A stretch of 12,099 bases of DNA from Archangium sp. (GTDB lineage Bacteria; Myxococcota; Myxococcia; Myxococcales; Myxococcaceae): NCBI GenBank assembly GCA_031367385.1, contig JANLPS010000497.1:1-12099 (forward strand), given 5' to 3'. Below the pieces are notes generated by a model. That model was not told the origin of the DNA, made no database searches, and saw nothing but the letters and a program-made list of their open reading frames with translations. Both the position numbers and the translations under genes were made by a program. How positions within the stretch are numbered: position 1 is the stretch's first letter; each line of letters begins with the position of its first letter. Shown in pieces: positions 7,417 through 12,099 of the stretch.

Positions 7417-8075
7417 AGGGCCTCCGCGAATTCGAACAACGAGTCATGCTCGAAGGTCGGTCGCACCAGCGAGGGGTCGAACGGGTTGGCCGACTCAATC
7501 GGGGGCTCCCCCGTCATCGGAGACCGAACCAAGACCGTCTGACACCCCGCCCGCTGCCCAGCGACGACGTCTGACAGCCGGTCACCCACCATGAAGCTCT
7601 TGGCCAGATCGAGGCCATGCTCGCGTTGCGCACGCAGCATCAACCCCGGGTTTGGCTTTCGACACTCACACGCCACCCGGTACTCGGGCAGCGTCGCGTT
7701 GGGGTGATGCGGGCACACATAGAACCCATCGAGCCTCGCGCACGGGTCAGCCTCAACCAGCAGGCGCGCCAACGCCTGATGCAGCTGCGCCAACGCAGCC
7801 TCCGTGATGAGGCCCCGCGCGACGACCGGCTGATTCGTCACCACGAACAGCGAAAACCCCTTCTGTCGCAGCACCGCCAGCGCCTGCGGCACCCGTGGGA
7901 GCACCCTCACCTGGCTGGCCTCGAGCAAGGGTGACCCATCGGCGATCAACACCCCGTCGCGATCGATGAAGATGGCACGGGCCGCCTTGGTACTTTCGCC
8001 GTGTTCGTCTGCTGACTCTGAACTACCCTGCGGCGCGTGCCCGCGGCGTTGCTCTTCTGTCAGGTCTGCAATCAA
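7413..8075 (-). CDS. gmhB: D,D-heptose 1,7-bisphosphate phosphatase (HAD IIIA), GmhB-like; start uncertain
   Basis: AIFIDRDGVL (DxD), VVTNQ, CPHHP...CECRKP Zn motif and MVGDRLSD. Homology begins near 7980; the nearest in-frame standard start upstream is TTG 8075. Confidence 0.85.
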   Translation of the reverse strand: MIADLTEEQRRGHAPQGSSESADEHGESTKAARAIFIDRDGVLIADGSPLLEASQVRVLPRVPQALAVLRQKGFSLFVVTNQPVVARGLITEAALAQLHQALARLLVEADPCARLDGFYVCPHHPNATLPEYRVACECRKPNPGLMLRAQREHGLDLAKSFMVGDRLSDVVAGQRAGCQTVLVRSPMTGEPPIESANPFDPSLVRPTFEHDSLFEFAEAL

Positions 8076-8897
8076 AACCGAGACGCCCTCTTTCGCTTTC
8101 AAAAAGGAGTGCAGCCAGGCACGCACGCACCTTTCGACATCGTCGAGTGTAGCGTGTGCGGCTTTCAGTGGGCAACGCCTGTTCCGTCGCCCCAGGCCCT
8201 CGCGCAGTACTACGCCGATGGCGCCAACTACACGCACTACGTCCACGCCTCCGAGCTCAAGCGCGAGCACTTTCGACTCAAGCTCGACGAGCTGGCGCCG
8301 TTTCTGCCACCCGTGGGCCCGATGCTCGACGTGGGCTGCGCGACCGGGTTTCTGATTGAGGCCGCCCTCGAGCGCGGGTGGGACGCTCGCGGCATCGAGA
8401 TGAACAAAGACATCGAGCCTCACATCGCGCCGCAGACCAAGCCGCGCATCTCGTTCTCGACCTTGAGTGCGCTTGCGAAAAAGCCGACCTACGCACTGAT
8501 GACGCTCTTCGACGTGCTCGAGCATTCACCCACCCCGAGGGTCGACCTCGAGACCTGCCGCGAGCTGCTGCTGCCCGGCGGAGTCATCGTCGTACAGTTG
8601 CCTTGCACCGATTCACTCGGTCAACGCCTCTTCGGCAAGCGCTGGTACCACTACGGGCCCCCAGCGCACTTGAGCTTCTTCACCTCGAAGAGCTTCGACT
8701 TGCTGGCCCGAAGCTGCGGCTTCGAAGTGCGCAGCGAACGGTGGACGCGAAAGCTCTTCACCCTCGACTACTTCGCCTCCCAGATCGCCCACGAGTACGC
8801 CCACCGGGCAAAAGCGGTGCGGTTGCCCATCATCGGCTCGACCAAGATCAAAATACCGATGAGCGAACGGCTCTTCGTGCTCGCGGCAAAAGCCTAA
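8037..8897 (+). CDS. Class I SAM-dependent methyltransferase with N-terminal CxxC...CxxC putative Zn ribbon
   Basis: CQVC and CSVC, then LDVGCATG (motif I), GIE, FDVLEH and HLSFFT, typical of methyltransferases in polysaccharide loci. Confidence 0.9.
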   Translation: MPAALLFCQVCNQNRDALFRFQKGVQPGTHAPFDIVECSVCGFQWATPVPSPQALAQYYADGANYTHYVHASELKREHFRLKLDELAPFLPPVGPMLDVGCATGFLIEAALERGWDARGIEMNKDIEPHIAPQTKPRISFSTLSALAKKPTYALMTLFDVLEHSPTPRVDLETCRELLLPGGVIVVQLPCTDSLGQRLFGKRWYHYGPPAHLSFFTSKSFDLLARSCGFEVRSERWTRKLFTLDYFASQIAHEYAHRAKAVRLPIIGSTKIKIPMSERLFVLAAKA

Positions 8898-8937
8898 AGT
8901 CTTGCCCGGCCGCTGATTTCGCGTTGTGTTCGCCACC

Positions 8938-9735
8938 GTGAAATCGTCGAAGACCGAGAAGATGATCGTGATGGTGCCGTGCCTCAACGAAGAGAAAAAC
9001 GTCGCCAAGACGGTCGAGGCGATCTTCTCTCACGCACCGAAGCTGCCGGTCGAGGTCGAAGTGCTGATGATCGACGACGGCTCGACTGACGGCACCCGCG
9101 CCGAGATGATTCGCCTCACCGAGAAGTACCCGAAGGCGAAGATGCGCATCAATGAGAAGAACCTGGGCCTCGGCCGCTCGGTGCTCGACGCCTACGAGAC
9201 CTTCGACCCGAACGTGTGGGTCACCGCGATGCCGGGTGACAACGAAATCGATTTCAGGTCGATCTCTTCGTTTCTCGCGGTTCGCGAGAAGTACGACATC
9301 GTGCTCGGCTACGTGCACAACCCGGTCGTTCGCACCGTGGTCAGGCGCGTCGCGTCGCAGGCGTTCGTCTCGGTTACCCGCTTTCTCTATGGCTTCAAGT
9401 GGGCGTACCTGAACGGCATTCACCTGACCCGCGCGTGGGCCTATCAGGGCCACCACCTCATCAGCGGAGGCCACGCCTTCGCAGCCGAGCTCCTCGCCAA
9501 GACCATCTTGCGCCACCCCGGCATTCGCATCGGCGAAGCCCCGTTCGTCTTGCGCGGCCGCAGCTCAGGCAACTCGAAGGCGTTCAGCCCAGGCTCGATC
9601 TTTCGCGCGATGAACGAGGTCTACCGCGGCTACCAATCGGTCGGTGAGATGCGCATTCAAGTCGCCTCGCTCCCCGAAGAAGACGAAGCGTCGGCTACCC
9701 TCCCTGAGTCTTCGGCCTCGGGGGAGAAGCACTGA
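8938..9735 (+). CDS. GT2 glycosyltransferase, DPM1-like (polyprenol-phosphate glycosyltransferase-like)
   Basis: VPCLNEE, IDDGSTDGT, NLGLG, PGD, DIVLG and RSSGNSK. No obvious TM helix. The start could be GTG 8926, GTG 8938 or ATG 8962. Confidence 0.88.
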   Translation: MKSSKTEKMIVMVPCLNEEKNVAKTVEAIFSHAPKLPVEVEVLMIDDGSTDGTRAEMIRLTEKYPKAKMRINEKNLGLGRSVLDAYETFDPNVWVTAMPGDNEIDFRSISSFLAVREKYDIVLGYVHNPVVRTVVRRVASQAFVSVTRFLYGFKWAYLNGIHLTRAWAYQGHHLISGGHAFAAELLAKTILRHPGIRIGEAPFVLRGRSSGNSKAFSPGSIFRAMNEVYRGYQSVGEMRIQVASLPEEDEASATLPESSASGEKH

Positions 9736-10789
9736 AGTCGGCGTCGGTCACCGCCCCCAGCGCATTCGCAGGCCAGGTCAGCATCGTCGCTGACCACGAC
9801 AAGCCGACGCCGAAGGCGCAGAGCACGACTTTCATTCCTGGCTTCACCTTCCCCGCGAGCCAGGCATCGGTCAACGCCACGCCCACCGTCGAGCCGCCCG
9901 AGTTGCCGACGTCGTGCAGCTTGTAGTGCAACTTCTCGGGGGGAATCTTCAGCTTGTTCGCCGATGACTGAATGATGAGCTCGCTGCCCTGATGAAAGAT
10001 GAACAGGTCGACGTCGGGCACGGTCAACGCGGCTTTGACGAGCAACCGCTGCACCGCTTCGGCGATCGCCTTGAGCGTGAAGACGAAGATCGCCTTGCCA
10101 TCCATGAACATGTCGTCGCGGCGGCGCACGTTGCCCATCTTGTCGGTCTCTTCGAGGGCCGATTGCGCGGAGCGGGGCTCTCGCATGCCGCTGGTCGGCC
10201 AGATCAGGTGCTTCGCGCCCGAGCCATCGGTGCCCAGCTCGAACTGCTGAAACCCTTCATTGCCTGGGCACGGGTCGACGAGCGAGGCGGTCGCGGCATC
10301 ACCGAAGAGAGGCACCACCGAGCGATCGTGCGGGTGCAAAATGCGCGAGACCGTGTCGCCCGTGAGCACCAGCGCCCTGCGCGCGAGACCCGCGAGCACC
10401 ATGCTGTGCGCCACCGAGAGCGCGTACACGTACTGTGAGCAACCCAAGTTGATGTCGAAGGCTGCCGTCTTGGTCGAGAGCCCGAGCCGGTCTTGCAGAA
10501 TGCAAGCGGTGGTCGGCAACAGGTAGTCAGGGGTCTGCGTGCCGAAGAGCAGCAGGTCGATCGAGGCCGGGTCGATGTCGAACTTCTTCATCAACCCCTG
10601 CGCGGCGCGAACGGCGAGATCTGAAGCGGTCTCACCATTCGTGGCGATTCGCCGCTCGTAGATGCCTGACGAGGTCGCGATTTTGTCGACGGTCTCGGCG
10701 CCGAATCGCTCGGCAAGCTGATCTCGCGTCAACTTCGTCTCGGGCACCGTGTAGCTGCTCGCGGTGATGCACGTGCTCTTCGTTGTCAT
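9695..10789 (-). CDS. fabH: 3-oxoacyl-ACP synthase III (FabH/KAS III)-like protein
   Basis: GIYERR, TQTPDYLLP, FDINLGCS (Cys), LFGDAA, MDG, FHQ (His), GN (Asn) and FGVGLSW. ATG 10789 is coupled to the upstream stop by a TGATG overlap. Confidence 0.9.
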   Translation of the reverse strand: MTTKSTCITASSYTVPETKLTRDQLAERFGAETVDKIATSSGIYERRIATNGETASDLAVRAAQGLMKKFDIDPASIDLLLFGTQTPDYLLPTTACILQDRLGLSTKTAAFDINLGCSQYVYALSVAHSMVLAGLARRALVLTGDTVSRILHPHDRSVVPLFGDAATASLVDPCPGNEGFQQFELGTDGSGAKHLIWPTSGMREPRSAQSALEETDKMGNVRRRDDMFMDGKAIFVFTLKAIAEAVQRLLVKAALTVPDVDLFIFHQGSELIIQSSANKLKIPPEKLHYKLHDVGNSGGSTVGVALTDAWLAGKVKPGMKVVLCAFGVGLSWSATMLTWPANALGAVTDADFSASPPRPKTQGG

Positions 10790-12099
10790 CAAAATGGCCC
10801 TCCGGCCGAAACCCATCGCACCAACCGTGAAGCGAGAAACAAGCCGTCCCACGGGTCATCGAACTCGGTCATCTTGCCCACGTCAGGAAACCGCTCTGCT
10901 CCCGCCCTCGCCGCGCGCTCGATCACGTGACTGCGCCGCGGGCCGGTCAGCGCCAGGCCCACCGTCTGCACGCCCGGGTCGATCGCGCTCACCGCGTCGA
11001 GCACGTCGACCACGGGTCGCACCGTCACGACTCTCGACCCGACGACCGGGCCGAACAACGCTGGGCTTTGCGGGCGCTCGTCGAAAAGCACTGTGAAATC
11101 AGGGCCTGACCAGACGTCACCCTCGAGGTCGTACCGAATTCGAGCCGCGGCGATCGCCGCTGAGGTGCCTGCATCGACGTTGGCCGCCAAGGGCACCCGC
11201 TGTGCCGTGCGGGCCATTTCATCGGCGAAGAGCTCGGCGAATTGCTTCGGGCTCACCTCACCACCCTGCTCGACGAAGATCGTATGAGGCGAGGCACAGG
11301 CGTACTGGTCGAAGGCTGACGCATCGGCCGAGGCGCGGCGCGCCAAATGCCGCACCTTCTCTGCGTTCTGGAGCGACTCGCGCCCGATGATCATCATGCT
11401 GCGCTTCGGGCCGAAGATGACGTCTTCGGTGTGCCAATTTCGGGGCAACGCAACGATGGTATCGACCGCTTCACGACCGCCCCAGGCGATGCGGAGATCA
11501 GCGCTGCGCGACAGCCGCTGCGCCATCGAAGAATCGTCTCGCGAGCAGTACACCACCGCGATGCTCTGCAGCACGTCGTCGCCCCGCAGCACCCGACCGC
11601 CCGGCCGGCTCACCTCGAGCCCACGAAACGCGTCGAGCAACAGCGGCAGCACCGCGCTCATCGCACTCGGAGCCTTCAGCAGATTCGCGTTTCGTGTCAG
11701 GAGCGACTCAACCAACGCGAACATGCCCAACGCCGGTACGTTGCCCGCAAGCCAGTGCACCACCAACCCGCGCGGAGCGGCGAACAACAGCCGCCGGTTG
11801 GTCCCTCCAGAAGAAGTTGCGCGATCGAGGTACCCACGGCGGCCTTGCATCGCCACGTCGAGCCGCGCGCGCAGAGCACGCCCCGAGCACCAGGCCGCCA
11901 AGAAGCCCAGCCCCTGCGCACGGAGCGCCGTGAGCGAAGCGTCAGTGCTCCACTTCGCCGCCGCTGCCTCGACCAGCATCACGAGCTCATCGACTGAGTA
12001 CGCGTCGAGCGCCTCGCGGCCTTTTCTCAAGCCGGCCACCAGCGCGTCGAAATCGGTCACCTCGGGCAGCTCGGCGGGTACCAGCGGTGCCGACAGGTC
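10789..12099 (-). CDS. LuxC-family acyl-CoA/acyl-protein reductase (ALDH fold), probably 5'-truncated
   Basis: PRGLVVHWLAGNVP, NANLLK, AWGG, FGPK, FDQYACASPH (catalytic Cys) and WDG...RLVRW. The frame stays open from GTG 12060 to the window end (DLSAPLVPAELPE). Confidence 0.88.
   Translation of the reverse strand, partial: DLSAPLVPAELPEVTDFDALVAGLRKGREALDAYSVDELVMLVEAAAAKWSTDASLTALRAQGLGFLAAWCSGRALRARLDVAMQGRRGYLDRATSSGGTNRRLLFAAPRGLVVHWLAGNVPALGMFALVESLLTRNANLLKAPSAMSAVLPLLLDAFRGLEVSRPGGRVLRGDDVLQSIAVVYCSRDDSSMAQRLSRSADLRIAWGGREAVDTIVALPRNWHTEDVIFGPKRSMMIIGRESLQNAEKVRHLARRASADASAFDQYACASPHTIFVEQGGEVSPKQFAELFADEMARTAQRVPLAANVDAGTSAAIAAARIRYDLEGDVWSGPDFTVLFDERPQSPALFGPVVGSRVVTVRPVVDVLDAVSAIDPGVQTVGLALTGPRRSHVIERAARAGAERFPDVGKMTEFDDPWDGLFLASRLVRWVSAGGPF

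Noticed and set aside
4525..8075. Ordinary LPS inner-core (waa) locus
   Set aside because: No GT9 heptosyltransferase or waaA in the window, the HldE-like domains are reversed, and an extra NTP-transferase is present. Supply of heptose to LPS genes elsewhere cannot be excluded.
7413..8525. 370-aa ORF read as a GmhB fusion with a novel N-terminal domain
   Set aside because: The extra roughly 150 N-terminal residues are the antisense read of the methyltransferase gene.
10789..12099. Bioluminescence (lux) operon
   Set aside because: Only a LuxC-like gene is present, and it is followed by a fabH-like gene rather than luxD/A/B.
12057..12099. 3' end of an upstream gene (such as luxE) overlapping a GTG start at 12060
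   Set aside because: The frame ending at that TGA gives an implausible peptide (TCRHRWYPPSCPR), while the LuxC frame stays open with normal codons.
1..12099. CRISPR array, tRNA/rRNA, transposase or integrase
   Set aside because: No regularly spaced repeats, no non-coding space large enough and no mobile-element protein motifs were seen.

Overview
A GC-rich, almost entirely coding bacterial window holding part of a surface glycan/glycolipid biosynthesis locus. Twelve genes sit in six blocks of alternating orientation: (+) DegT-family aminotransferase (5'-truncated) and a UPF0104 membrane protein; (-) GT-C (ArnT/PMT-like) membrane glycosyltransferase; (+) NDP-sugar epimerase/dehydratase and an HldE-like enzyme with reversed domain order; (-) GmhB-like phosphatase, NTP-transferase and GmhA-like isomerase; (+) Zn-ribbon SAM methyltransferase and DPM1-like GT2; (-) LuxC-like acyl-CoA reductase (5'-truncated) and a FabH-like enzyme. 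The most interesting inference is a pathway that makes a modified (amino/methyl/acyl) NDP-heptose-like sugar, loads it on a lipid carrier, flips it and transfers it outside the cytoplasm, with an attached LuxC/FabH acyl module. A short REP-like palindromic segment appears to lie in frame inside the NTP-transferase gene. No RNA genes, CRISPR arrays or transposases were seen. All calls come from reading motifs by eye; no database searches were run.
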